NCBI GenBank assembly: GCA_012295275.1
Contig: CM022678.1
Location: 13,206,001-13,270,000 of the forward strand
From: Chrysomallon squamiferum
Taxonomy: Eukaryota > Animalia > Mollusca
DNA length: 64,000 nt
Direction: 5' to 3'
In this document: positions 16,232 to 29,340 of the stretch, piece by piece
Layout: each line of letters opens with the position of its first letter
Position numbering within the stretch: the first letter of the stretch is position 1
Made by a program: the position numbers and the translations under genes
The notes under the pieces: model-generated
Seen by the model: the letters and a program-made list of their open reading frames with translations, nothing else
What the model was told of the DNA's origin: nothing
The model's database searches: none

Positions 16232-17029
16232 TATATAATTCTGACAAATGTAAACTTACATTTTCACTAATTAGTTCAGTGGAGATATCAGTGAAATATA
16301 GATTTTTATAAATGAAGAACAAACTCTCTGAAAAGTTGTGAGAGTTAAGCACATTAAACATAGTGCTCCTCTTCATAATTAGCCAGTTAATAAAACAAAC
16401 AATACAGCAAAGATTGTTATCCCCAGACTTAAAATAAAACTCTAAGCTGATCTACAGAAATAATTTTACATTTTACAAGGGAAGGTTAATAATATATTTA
16501 CAGTAAGTGTACTGGATAAAACATAGCATTTTACATAACATGAAAACAAGCAATTCCTTTCACTACATTGTCTTTACTTCAATTTGTTTATTACAGAAGT
16601 CAAGACAGCTAAACCTGGTACTGAACAGCGAGGAGATGATATCAAAGACAAAGGATATGGACTTGAATCTAAACAGCCTCTTAATCTGGACTTGGATTTT
16701 AAGTTTAAAATTCCTCTTCACAAGGCTCATGAGGATTCTGGTGACTGCCGCAGTCAAAACACAGTCAGCTTAATGGACATTCTGAACCCTCTCAGATATT
16801 TCAGTGCTGCATTAGCCCTGACACTGGCAATCCCACTGATATTCATAGTCCTGTATCAACTGACAGATTTAACACAACTAATGAATCTAACTCAACTGTT
16901 ATCCAGATCTTTCTAGCTGGTGGCTCGGAAGTGTGAATTGTTTCACAGTAGAAATACCCTGACCCATCCAACTGTGGGGATCAGTTTCAAAATAACCTGG
17001 ATAATAGTCCCAACCAACCGAAACACAGT

Positions 17030-19840
17030 AAGAAGGACCTGGATGAAACAGAAAATGAACAGAATGATAGTCAGAAGGAATTGGATGATAGACAGAATGA
17101 ACAGGATGATAATAAGAAGGAATTGGATGAAACAGAGAATGAACAGGATGAAAAGAAGGAACTGGATGAAACACAATGAACAGAATGATAATAAGAAGGA
17201 ACTGGATGAAACAGAAAATGAACAGAATGATAGTCAGAAGGAATTGGATGAAACATAGAATGAACAGGATGAAAATAAGAAGGAACTGGATGAAACACAA
17301 TTAACAGGATGATAATAAGAAGGAACTGGATGAAACAGAGAATGAACAGGATGAAAATAAGAAGGAACTGGATGAAACACAATGAACAGGATGATAAAAG
17401 AAGGAATTGGATGAAACAGAGAATGAACAGGATGATAATAAGGAATTGGATGACACAGAAAATGAACAGGATAATAATAAGAAGGAATTGGATGAAACAG
17501 AAAATGAACAGGATAATAATAAGAAGGAATTGGATGAAACAGAAAATTAACAGGATAATAATAAGAAGGAATTGGATGAAACAGAAAATTAACAGGATGA
17601 TAGACAGAATGAACAGGATGATAATAAGAAGGAATTGGATGAAACAGAGAATGAACAGCATGATAATAAGAAGGAATTGGATGACACAGAAAATGAACAG
17701 GATGATAATAAGAAGGAATTGGATGAAACAGAAAATGAACAGGATGATAATAAGAAGGAATTGGATGAAACAGAAAATGAACAGGATGATAGAATGAACA
17801 GGATGATAATAAGAAGGAATTGGATGAAACAGAAAATGAACAGGATAATAATAAGAAGGAATTGGATGAAACAGAAAATGAACAGGATGATGGACCGAAT
17901 GAACAGGATGATAATAAGAAGGAATTGGATGAAACAGAAAATGAACAGGATGATAATAAGAAGGAATTGAATGAAACAAAAAATGAACAGATGACAATAA
18001 GGAACTGGATGAAACAGAAAATGAACAGGATGATAATAAGAAGGAATTGGATGAAACAGAATGAACATGATGATAATAAGAAGGAATTGGATGAAACAGA
18101 GAATGAACAGGATGATAGACAGAATGAACAGGATGATAATAAGAAGGAACTGGATGAAACAGAATGAACAGGATGATAATAAGAAGGAATTGGATGAAAC
18201 AGAGAATGAACAGGATTACAGACAGAATTGGATGAAATAGAAAATGAACAGGATGATAAGAAGGAATTGGATGAAACAGAGAATGAATAGGATGATAATA
18301 AGAAGGAATTGGATGAAACAGAAAATGAACAGGATGATAGAATGAACAGGATGATAATAAGAAGGAATTGGATGAAACAGAATGAACAGGATGATAATAA
18401 GAAGGAACTGGATGAAACAGAGAATGAACAGGATGATAATAAGAAGGAACTGGATGAAACAGAATGAACAGGATGATAATAAGAAGGAATTGGATGAAAC
18501 AGAGAATGAACAGGATTACAGACAGAATTGGATGAAATAGAAAATGAACAGGATGATAATAAGAAGGAATTGGATGAAACAGAATGAATAGGATGATAAT
18601 AAGAAGGAATTGGATGATAGACAGAATGAACAGGATGATAATAAGAAGGAATTGGATGAAACAGAGAATAAACAGGATGATAATAAGAAGGAACTGGATG
18701 AAACAGAGAATGAACAGGATGATAATAAGAAGGAACTGGATGAAACAGAGAATGAACAGGATGATAATAAGAAGGAACTGGATGATAATAAGAAGGAACT
18801 GGATGAAACAGAATGAACAGGATGATAATAAGAAGGAATTGGATGAAACAGAGAATGAATAGGATGATAATAAGAAGGAATTGGATGATAGACAGAATGA
18901 ACAGGATGATAATAAGAAGGAACTGGATGAAACAGAATGAACAGGATGATAATAAGAAGGAACTGGATGAAACAGAGAACGAACAGGATGATAATAAGAA
19001 GGAACTGGATGAAACAGAGAATGAACAGGATGATAATAAGAAGGAACTGGATGAAACAGAGAATGAACAGGATGATAATAAGAAGGAACTGGATGAAACA
19101 GAGAACGAACAGGATGATAATAAGAAGGAACTGGATGAAACAGAATGAACAGGATGATAATAAGAAGGAATTGGATGAAACAGAGAATGAACAGGATTAC
19201 AGACAGAATTGGATGAAATAGAAAATGAACAGGATAAGAAGGAACTGGATGAAACAGAGAATTAACAGGATGATAATAAGAAGGAACTGGATGAAACAGA
19301 GAATGAACAGGAATGATGAAACAGAATGAACAGAATGATAATAAGAAGGAACTGGATGAAACAGAGAATGAACAGGATGATAAGAAGGAATTGGATGAAA
19401 CAGAGAATGAACAGGATGATAATAAGAAGGAATTGGATGAAACAGAGAATGAAAAGGATGATAATAAGAAGGAACTGGATGAAACAGAAAATGAACAGAA
19501 TGATAATAAGAAGGAACTGGATGAAACAGAGAATGAACAGGATGATAATAAGAAGGAACTGGATGAAACAGAGAATGAACAGGATGATAATAAGAAGGAA
19601 CTGGATGAAACAGAGAATGAACAGGATGATAAGAAGAAATTGGATGAAACAGAGAATGAAAATTGTGATAATAAGAAGGAACTGGATGAAACAGAAAATG
19701 AACAGGATGATAATAAGAAGGAATTGGATGAAACAGAAAATGAACAGGATGATAATAAGAAGGAACTGGATGAAACAGAAAATGAACAGGATGATAATAA
19801 GAAGGAATTGGATGAAACAGAAAATGAACAGGATGATAGT
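17030..19840 (+). repeat. Coding-type 42-bp tandem repeat encoding acidic 14-mer DETENEQDDNKKEL, ~65 copies
   Basis: Unit GATGAAACAGAGAATGAACAGGATGATAATAAGAAGGAA(C/T)TG. Common variants are synonymous (TTG/CTG, GAA/GAG). The array reads in frame into unique SEEEELYEMEEELEEMVTKII at its end. Confidence 0.95.
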
Positions 19841-20130
19841 GAGGAGGAGGAGCTTTATGAAATGGAGGAGGAACTGGAGGAGATGGTGACAAAGATTATA
19901 AGTAGAAGAGAGTATTGTCAAAACATTCGTGAAATAAACAGTTGTCTTACTGATAAGTAAAGTGTCTGGTGAAAACATTACTGCAAAGGAGATGCTGAAC
20001 AAATTAAAAGGTTTATAATCTTGTCATATTCATACAATTTCTACATATTTTTTATAGTGAAACAGTTTGAGTGTCATATGTAATGATTGAATGAAGTTAA
20101 ATCTTAGTGACACTTCTTCTACTAAATTAA

Positions 20131-20200
20131 CTTCTTATTATCATCCTGTTCATTTTCTGTTTCATCCAGTTCCTTCTTATAATCATCCTGTTCATTGTCT
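20131..20200 (-). repeat. Inverted ~1.6-unit copy of the 42-bp acidic repeat in the downstream intron
   Basis: CTTCTTATTATCATCCTGTTCATTTTCTGTTTCATCCAGTTCCTTCTT is the reverse complement of the exonic unit. Confidence 0.9.
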
Positions 20201-20218
20201 GAAACAATTATCTCTGTC

Positions 20219-20249
<31 letters not shown>

Positions 20250-21020
20250 GAAACACATACACAGACACACACTTGTATTATTATTACTTTTATTATTATT
20301 ATTATTAATTGAAATAATGAAAGTTCATTATATTATATTATTATTATTGTTGTTGATGATATAGTTATTATTATTATTATTGTTATTATTGTTGTTATTA
20401 TTATTAATATATCAGAGGTATAAAGAAAAAGCTTGAAGATCATCTTTTTTCTTTAGTCTTGATGATGAAGTCAGTCTGACAGTTAATACTGACTCATTTG
20501 AAAAACACAGAAGTGGTATTGAAGCTCACAGAGAAATCAAAAATAACAACACTGTCCACCCAGTGAATGTACTTTCTCATGTAGACAAACAAATCAAGGA
20601 AACGTGAATTTATTGATGATGTTAATTTATCTCTTGCTGCCTGTGAACATGTTGGACCTGACCTCAGCCAGTCAGATGGTGCAGCTAAACCAAGTGTAAA
20701 GATAATTCCTCTCTCAGCTGATGGAACTGAAAAGAATGTTGCTACACAGAAAGATGAACCAGCTATTCATGTCTCCCATCAGCACAACAGAGAAAAGTTC
20801 TTAGTCAGATGAGGAATCTGATGCTGAATGGCAAATGAAAACCTCAGAAATAATTAAAGATTGTGATGAATTCAGTGACAATCAAGAAATAAAAAATCTT
20901 GGATCAGGTATCAGCAAAACAGTAGCCAGGAATAAAAAGTTTGTGTGATACCTGAATTTTGTGTTTGTTGTTTGTTTATTTTAGTTGTTTATTTACTAGA
21001 GTAATAGTTGCTCAACGAAG

Positions 21021-21593
21021 GCAGTACATGTATAAATATTTCTTACTTTTCTGACAGGAATATGCAGTACATGTATAAATATTTCTTATTTACTATTCTG
21101 ACAGGAACATGCAGTACATTTATAAATATTTCTTATTTACTTTTCTGACAGGAACATGCAGTACATGTATAAATATTTCTTCTTTACTTTTCTGACAGGA
21201 ACATGCAGTACATTTATAAATATTTCTTATTTACTTTTCTGACAGGAACATGCAGTACATGTATAAATATTTCTTCTTTACTTTTCTGACAGGAACATGC
21301 AGTACATTTATAAATATTTCTTCTTTACTTTTCTGACAGAGGAACATGCAGTACATGTATAAATATTTCTTATTTACTTTTCTGACAGGAACATGCAGTA
21401 CATGTATAAATATTTCTTCTTTATTTTTCTGACAGGAACATGCAGTACATTTATAAATATTTCTTATTTACTTTTCTGACAGAGGAACATGCAGTACATG
21501 TATAAATATTTCTTCTTTACTTTTCTGACAGAGGAACATGCAGTACATGTATAAATATTTCTTATTTACTTTTCTGACAGAGGAACATGCAGT
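21021..21593 (+). repeat. Intronic minisatellite, 12 x 47-49 bp, built from a splice-acceptor junction
   Basis: Unit GCAGTACATGTATAAATATTTCTTATTTACTTTTCTGACAG(AG)GAACAT. The last copy runs into unique exon-like sequence at 21581. Confidence 0.95.
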
Positions 21594-21934
21594 GCATCGT
21601 TTTCTCTTGATGAATACCAGACCACTTTTTACTCTGACCATAAACTAAGACCCTTATATATACAATCTATGGGAAGGTGCATACTAAGATATCTTGTTGC
21701 TAATGATACAGACCAACCCTCCACAGCTAATTCTAGTTTCAGGCTCAAAATAATAATAATAAAAAATAAATACTTAATAAATAATAGTCAACAAAATATG
21801 TATTTAATATTATTTTCCTCTGACTTAATGTTTATTTTCTCTCCATTCAACTCTTCTTTCCCCATCCTTTCTTACCCTTTATTATTATTGTTGTTGTTGT
21901 TGTTTTGTGTACTCAAGTTCTGAATCTCTGACAG

Positions 21935-22055
21935 GAGAATTATAAGAATGTTGAGACAGACGTACTAGTAACAAACATGGAGGAATCAGTCTACATCTAC
22001 AAGTGTTGCCAGTCTAAAGTGTGTGTCTTTGGAACAGTCAACAACATCACTATAG
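21935..22055 (+). CDS. CAP: C-CAP/CARP domain exon 1 (ENYKNVETDVLVTNMEESVYIYKCCQSKVCVFGTVNNITI)
   Basis: Aligns by eye to the adenylyl cyclase-associated protein C-terminus (human CAP1 [41 protein letters not shown]). AG/GT boundaries, phase 0 to 1. Confidence 0.85.
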
Positions 22056-22371
22056 GTCTGTATTTACCTATTTAATTATTTATTTTTGGGGTTGTTTTAA
22101 GTGTGTACACATGCGCACGCACACACACACACACACACACACAGATAGATATAGATAGAAATATAGATATGCACTATCTCATTACCTCTGTGTTTTTATC
22201 TGTTATCTATAACAGTAATTAACATTTCCTTTCTTAAAATTATAACAGTATATCATTTCATTATTTTCATTGCATTTATTATAACAGTAATAATAATTAT
22301 TTTAGTTTATTTATTTTATTTTAATTTGATTTATTGAAAATAATAAATGTTTTTTTCAAAAATAAATCTAG

Positions 22372-22457
22372 ATTCAAGTGACAGAACAACTGTGGTGTTT
22401 GACAAGGTGACAACTTCTATAACAGTAATTAACAGTAACCACATCAAAGTATGCCAG
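22372..22457 (+). CDS. CAP: C-CAP/CARP domain exon 2 (DSSDRTTVVFDKVTTSITVINSNHIKVCQ)
   Basis: Matches CAP1 [28 protein letters not shown]. Phase 1 to 0, donor CAG|GTAAAT. Confidence 0.85.
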
Positions 22458-22955
22458 GTAAATGATTTACATATTGTAAAACTTTTATTTTAAAACAAAA
22501 TTACACTATAATTACATTAATCAAATTCAGTAAACTGAAGATGTTTTCTTAATTTTATATTGTCATGAACATATGTGTATGTTTACACACACAAAAACAA
22601 AAACATATGTATGTGTGTTTGTGTGTGTTTATAATTGTTTTCGAGCATAATATTTTTGTGTTTTGAATTGTTTTTGTTTAGTCTATTTTAATATAAAATT
22701 AAATGTGATAATTTTTCAAAATATCTGCACAATCATTGCATGAAAGAAAACTTAGTAATTAACAGTAGTATAAAATTAAATTAAACAGTGATTATGAAGA
22801 ATCTTGCTGTCAAATTTGTGGGCTGATTTTAAGCAAGCAGAAAGATTTCTTTTATCCTATAAAGATGAAAGTTTATAAAGAGATGATAAATAATTACATG
22901 AAACATAATATTTTATTTTTATCAAGTTAAATAAATAATTGGTTGGTTATTTCAG

Positions 22956-23240
22956 GTAGATGATGAGATGCCGACTCTAAACATCAACTACAACAACAGA
23001 CAGCTGATGTCTGACGAGAAACTGACCAGCTCACTGACCAGTTTAATGTCCACTTCAGACCCTCCATCTGACACAAACACGACTTCAACCACCACTACAG
23101 CAACTACACTCACTGCAGCAGTTGCAACCAAAGCCACAAGTAATACAACAGCTACCACAGCAATGATAACTGAAATGGATACTACAACTACTACAGTGGA
23201 CATGCTTACTTCAACCACAACAGCCACATCAAAAATGTAA
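22956..23240 (+). CDS. CAP: Terminal exon: end of C-CAP-like region (VDDEMPTLNIN) followed by Thr-rich low-complexity tail
   Basis: Acceptor TTTCAG at 22955. The start matches CAP1 VMGKVPTISIN. 94 codons to TAA; AATAAA near 23573. Confidence 0.8.
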   Translation, partial: VDDEMPTLNINYNNRQLMSDEKLTSSLTSLMSTSDPPSDTNTTSTTTTATTLTAAVATKATSNTTATTAMITEMDTTTTTVDMLTSTTTATSKM

Positions 23241-25732
23241 CACTACAGTAGTAATTACAGCTGTAACAGTGACTACTGCAGCAATAACTACATGCACTTT
23301 ATTCATCACAGAATTTACTTAACTACTATTACTGCTTCACCATCTGTAATAATCACTATAACACTTACTATGTATATACAAGTGTTTATGATCTTGAATT
23401 TTCTATAAATTATATTTCAAGCTCTTATTATCATTCATTATTTTAGAATACAAATTATATTTTGTTTATTTTATTTTCATATTTTGTTATCAGTTTAGTT
23501 TATTTAATAATTATTTTTGGATATATATTATTAGTTCCAGTCATTAAAGAATAATGCTTAAAGAATTATAATAATAAACATTTTAACCTTCAAACTATAT
23601 TATTATATTTATTTTTGTTTTACTGATTAATCACTTTTTTCTTTCTTTGCTAAATGAAACAAATTCTAAAATCAAGTACCTCTCAGATAATAGAAATGAA
23701 TATTAAATGCTTAACAAAAAAAAAATGTACAAAAAGGCACAATCTTATCATGTATTTACATTGTTGTCAAAAAAACACCACAAACTTACTGACTGAAACA
23801 TCCAAGTTGATGAGAGTTAGTAGTATGTTAAATTTCCACAAACAGCTCTTTCTGTTTGCCTGTATGGAGATGTGAACTCAGTACCTGTCAGTTGTAAAAC
23901 CACTGAATTAAAACAGAGAGAATGATTTTAAAATAAAATTTATTTTTAATGCTTAAATTATTTAATAATAAGTTGTGAAAAAGAGGCTTCATGTATTAAT
24001 TAAGCAGAAATAAATAAATAAAATGTTTGAATATCTTTTATAGTTTGTTATCTATTTTATTTATCTTGCCTTTCTTTATTTCTTTATAAATGTTTCAGTT
24101 TATTTTACTGAAATTGACCCCAAAGACTGAGTCATCCCCCAATACCTGAAGTTACTTACCCCAATAAATTTTTCATACTTTTGAAAATAATTGCATGTGA
24201 CGGTTTACTATTTAAAAAAAACATAACACAAACAAAATAAAATGAAAAAACAATAAAAATAAATAAATAAATAAGAAGAAATAAATGAAGTTTATAAATT
24301 AATTAAAACATAATTTCAAAAAATATTGTTAATAATCCATTTTTATACAATCTTCCACCAATATTATATGCTTACAACACAGATTAAAAATAAATAAAAA
24401 TACACAGATGAACACACAGCTACATGCAATTATCTGTGCTAACAAGAATGGCTGTTGCAAGTAAATAAAAAAGTGGTGTTTTAATTTTTAATGTAATATC
24501 TTTCCTTGCAGTATATTTCAGTTTATAGCTGAAAATGTAATTATTAAAGACTATAGACACTTTGTTTGGTTTTGTCATGGATATTATTCTTCGGGTTCAA
24601 ATAATAATAATAATAATAATAAATTAAAGTTAAAACAAATTCTGATAAGTAAAATTTTTATCCAATATTCATCTTTTGTAAAATCAAATTTCCTGTAACT
24701 AGTAACAAATTCACAGAAGTAATTTTTATGATTCAGACTAAAACCAGATACAGTTGTGTGTACACAGGCTTGTCCAGCTACAACACTGACCTACTCTAAT
24801 CATTCTGTTTTGTTTAAATAAATGCTAAATGTGAAGGTTGATGAAGACTTGCTTACATTGTTTACTATTGATATGTATGTACACTTTAATTACTAATATA
24901 AATTGTATGTGTTTCTATTTCAAAACAATATTAAAGTTTACTTTGAACATTTCATAATTTCTGGAGATCTCTCATATTTTGATACTGGACCATCCCAAAC
25001 TAAAATATGTCCAAAGCAAAACTATCCTATTTGGATATTGATACATCCCAATTAAAAGTTGAATATCTTGTAGTGTAATACATTCTGAAATTAATGTCAC
25101 ATTCAAACTGACATTTGGCTTTTTCAATTATGTTTTCTTATTCTCTTATAAAAATTCACTGATCTCTGACTGATATAGCCCAGTTTTAAATTGATACACA
25201 CATTTTCAAACTGCTGTGTCATGGTAGAAATGTTACAAACTGAGATCAGTTGCTCTCTAACACTAAGAATAAATTGAATAATAAAAACACTAACAAATGT
25301 CTCTAATGATTTAATACATTTACTTCTAAACTGACACATCATAAAGGCACTGAAAGTATTAAAATCATAGAAATACATTAACTCGTGGAATTACAGTATT
25401 ATCATTACTAAACTATCTCAATATCTTTATAATAAATATCATAATTATCATTACATCAACAAGATTTGCCTTTTTTTCATACAGAAATTCCAAGTATTTT
25501 AAATTACACAATTTATTAATATAAAAATATTTAAATGATTCAATAAATTTACATTCATATATATCTATTATGTCTAGAAATCAGAAATCTTATTCTGATA
25601 CTGATAATCATGCAGTGGTGAAAAAAAAGAATGTTGGTTCTGATACAACAAACACTTTTGCTGCATTATAGATAGGAATAGAGAGTGGTGCCTGTGTTGT
25701 GGATACAGAATAATAATAATAATAATAATAAA

Positions 25733-25763
<31 letters not shown>

Positions 25764-26457
25764 TCTCATCCTAATATTAATATTAAAATTTGGGCTAACA
25801 CACAAACTTATTGGTTTTGGGTATGGAGGGGTGTTTTACTGTTGATGCAAATTCAGTACAAATTGTGAGTGAAATGATTACATTATATAAATGAAAATGA
25901 GCAAATCAATCACACTTAGAGTATCTTCCCAAATGAAGTTTTATAAACCATATTTCCACATACTATGACTAAAAGGTGAGTTGTGCATTATTATTATCAT
26001 GTAATCTGTGTATATGCATTTCCTTTTGCAAGAAAACCTGAATGTTTCTCAATTTTCACAGAATATGGGTGAATTCAGCAACAGACAACTTACAAGCAAA
26101 TCAAAGATTATTAAATTTTGCATTTAGAATGTATTAACAGTCAAACAAAGAAGACTACAAGTTTATTAACTAATTGATAAACATTATCCCCGTATCAATC
26201 ATGTCTTACTAGAAATTTATCTGAAGCATCAAGCCCAAAGCCTCATACCAGGCTGGAAGTTCACTTTGTAACATGAAAAGGATCTGAGGTACCAATTTTA
26301 CACCCATTTAAACACACATCATTTTACTGAAAATCTCTTTTGGCTGAAAATCTAAACATAATCTTTCAAGTTTCAGCAGTTTTGAAAAAGTGGAAACAGG
26401 TGACAATACATAGAGGTAAACACAAGTGAAAGCAGACTGAAAAAACTGAAACTATCC

Positions 26458-27840
26458 ATGAAGAAAAAACAGAAAAACAAAAACAACTATAGTTTTCCCA
26501 GAATCTGCCTTAAACAATCTACAGTTCAAAAACGTCCAGATGTAGACATTAAGTTCATTATGGAACAGCACATAAAAAAAATTACTGACAAACTCAAATC
26601 CCAAGTATTAACACTGGAAAAAGAAAATGATAAGTTACAAAAAGAAACAGAGAAAGTAAATATAACAGCCATACAATCACAGTCCTCAGCAAAACAAGCT
26701 GTAGAAAAAAGTGATGTGGTGATGGACAAAGTTAATGACTTACAGCAAACGTCAAGCAGAAACAGTGTGTGCATGTTTGGAGTTACAGATTTAATAAACT
26801 GAAAGTGCAAAAAATCCCATTAAGTCATCTAGAATTTTTTATTAGAGAAGATTATTTAATGTAAAGCTGCAATTCACCCCTAGAAACAAGCCACAGAACT
26901 GATCACTCACACCCTTCACTTCAAGTAAAATTTTCAGATATTACAGAAAGGAGTGGATCTTGAAGATTTAATAATTCCTTTTTATATCATAAAAATTATA
27001 TTTTGTTAAATAATTTATTACAGACACTGTATTTTGAGTAAAACAATATACATATCAATTTCTTTTAACGTTGATACTTTTAATGATGGAAAAAGAGGCA
27101 AGACAGTTGCCTTTACCTCAAAAAGAAAAGGAGCAGCAATAAAAAATAGAAAAAATTAAAAAACATTGCTTTTCAACTTAGCAAAAGGAAATACGATACT
27201 TCTTCTGAAAAACAAATCTTTGTAATCTAAAAACTGAACTAGAAGCTGACAGGAAAGAAAAATTAAAAAATGTTTTTACTATACCTTGAGCTTGATAAAC
27301 ATGGTAAGTTATCAGATTAACAAAAATTGTTCCACAGAAAGATATGGCTAAAGAACACGTTAAGGATTGGAAAGCAGTATCACTACAGAACATTATTTAC
27401 TATGTAGGTGAGAAGCTACAGCAGAAAGAATAAAATCCGTCCTCCCATCATCAGAGATCAAAATGGATTTATACCTGGCTGATCATTAGGTAATAATCTT
27501 AGATTACATTATACACATAAACAAAATAAGCCAGGGATATTACTAATTGTAGTTTTCAATAAATTAAAAAAAATTAAAAGTTTTTATCTTATTTTAAGTA
27601 TAAGGCCTCAATTCAAAGATGGTTATCAACCTTATATAATGAATGTGAATCATGTTTATACCTCAGTGATAAGATCACTGAAAACTTGGCACAGGATGTA
27701 GACGTGGAGATCCATTATTTACCTGTATTTTTATTTTATGTGTAGAGATTTTTGCAATCTTGGTAAGCAATAACAAAAATATAACTGAATTGAGATAAAC
27801 AGCAATGAATTTAAAATTTCACTGCTTGTAATCAACACAA
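26458..27840 (+). mobile_element. Decayed non-LTR retrotransposon (L1/Tx1-like): ORF1 coiled coil plus RT fragments
   Basis: 26458-26802 is a coiled coil ending NDLQQTSSRNSVCMFGV (like LEQYSRRNNIRIFG). QNGFIPG at ~27460 and QGCRRGDPLF..FILCVEIFAI at ~27690 resemble RT motifs. Many stops and indels. Confidence 0.7.
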
Positions 27841-27949
27841 CATTGAAAAAGAAGTAAAAAAACAAAACAATATCTGCTATCTTCTGTTTATGTATTGTGT
27901 TTTTTCATTAAAAAAAAATATATATATAACACTCAATTATTGTGATGAC

Positions 27950-29340
27950 AAAAGCAGATCTGAAACATACAGAAACACATCAGACACATTTATTTGAAAC
28001 TGGACAACTAGAAGACAAGACAGAATTAATATGGATTCAAGACAAAGAATATGAAGAAAACAATTGCAAGTGGTAAAGGTGAGGGCTAGAGTGGAGGTTA
28101 TTAAAAAAGTTTAACAATTCACTTCCTATTTTGTAAGTCTAGAAAAACAGAATGTGAATAATGACCTAATTTCTGAAAATGGAAAAGAAATAACTAAACT
28201 AAATGATATATATAAAATAAAAAAATTCTAGTCAGAAACAAAAATATTGGAGGAACAAGATCATTTGCTAAGTAATACTAAAAAGAGGACAGCCACACTA
28301 GAAAGGGAAATAACTCTTGATGAAGATAGAAATCAAATGAAATCTTTCATAAACAAAACACCTGGATATAAAGGATTGACTGCAGAATTTTATAAAACCT
28401 TTCTTTAATTTAATCAGTAAGGACTTAATTGATGTAATATCGAAGCCTTTCATAGGGAGAACTTTCTATCTCGAGGAGGGGAATTATTGCTTTAATTTGA
28501 AAAGGAAATGACAAGAAATTGTTAAAAACTGGAGGCCCGTATCCTTATTAAAATTTTGTCAATGAGAATTAAAGATGTCATTCTGAAAATTATTCACCCT
28601 GACAACAAATGCGGAATTAAAGCCAGGTCAAGATGGAGGAGCCTTAGTCAGTGGATTACTTCTTAGTTTTTCAGCCTAACACAAGGAACTAGACAAGGTT
28701 GCCCAATCAGTTCATTATGTTACACTTTAGTGGCAGAAAGCTTAGCAGAAGTTTGTCTGTGTGAAATCAGGAATTGTTGGAATTACACTATTAGACATTT
28801 TAGAAAGTAAGTGGGTTGGGTATTCCAACAATAGAAATACAACATTATCTAATTTTAATTCAGTCAAAAATCTTTTTAATATTCTTCAAATCTTTAATGT
28901 GCATATGGAACCAAAGTTAATCTAAAAAACATCAACACTAAAGGATTTTTGATGGGAAAACTAATGTTTGAGAGGACACTCCTCTAGATATAAGATGTTC
29001 AACAATTTGCAAGTCATATGACCAATCAGACCTTTTGCATGAAACATGAAACATTTTCCCATGAAAATGGATAAACAGTGGTTTTGAAGTTTGATTATTT
29101 TATGATCATTTTTACTAACTAATAGAACCAGATATTCTTGAGATATCGATGTTCAACTTCTCCAGATTTTTATTGAATCTGAAATAATTTTTAATTGTAA
29201 AAAGAAACCGAATCTAACTATGTAAAATTTAATAAATTAAGTTTGTTTCATGCATTTATCAAATGTGTAAACTTATTTAATTTTTATCCATCCAGAATTA
29301 TTCAAATTGATTTTAAATGTTATAAAGACTTACTTGGAAT
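27950..29340 (+). mobile_element. Second decayed L1/Tx1-like ORF2 fragment
   Basis: NKTPGYKGLTAEFYKTF (~28350), NWRPVSLL (~28530), KIIHPDNKCGIK (~28590), RQGCPISS..YTLVAESLA (~28690). Confidence 0.75.

Noticed and set aside
17030-19840. Secreted acidic biomineralisation (shell-matrix) protein
   Set aside because: The composition is suggestive, but the predicted N-terminus has no signal peptide and the linked domain is cytoplasmic, so the claim is unsupported.
17071-20002. Long hydrophobic minus-strand ORFs (FIQFLLIIILF...) and MNRMIIRRNW frames
   Set aside because: Shadow frames of the 42-bp repeat. Only the DETENEQ frame continues into unique sequence and shows synonymous variation.
16597-20907. 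Programmed ribosomal frameshifting explaining the frame breaks
   Set aside because: No common slippery or stop motif at the breaks. In-frame nonsense variants are also present, so decay or assembly error is simpler.
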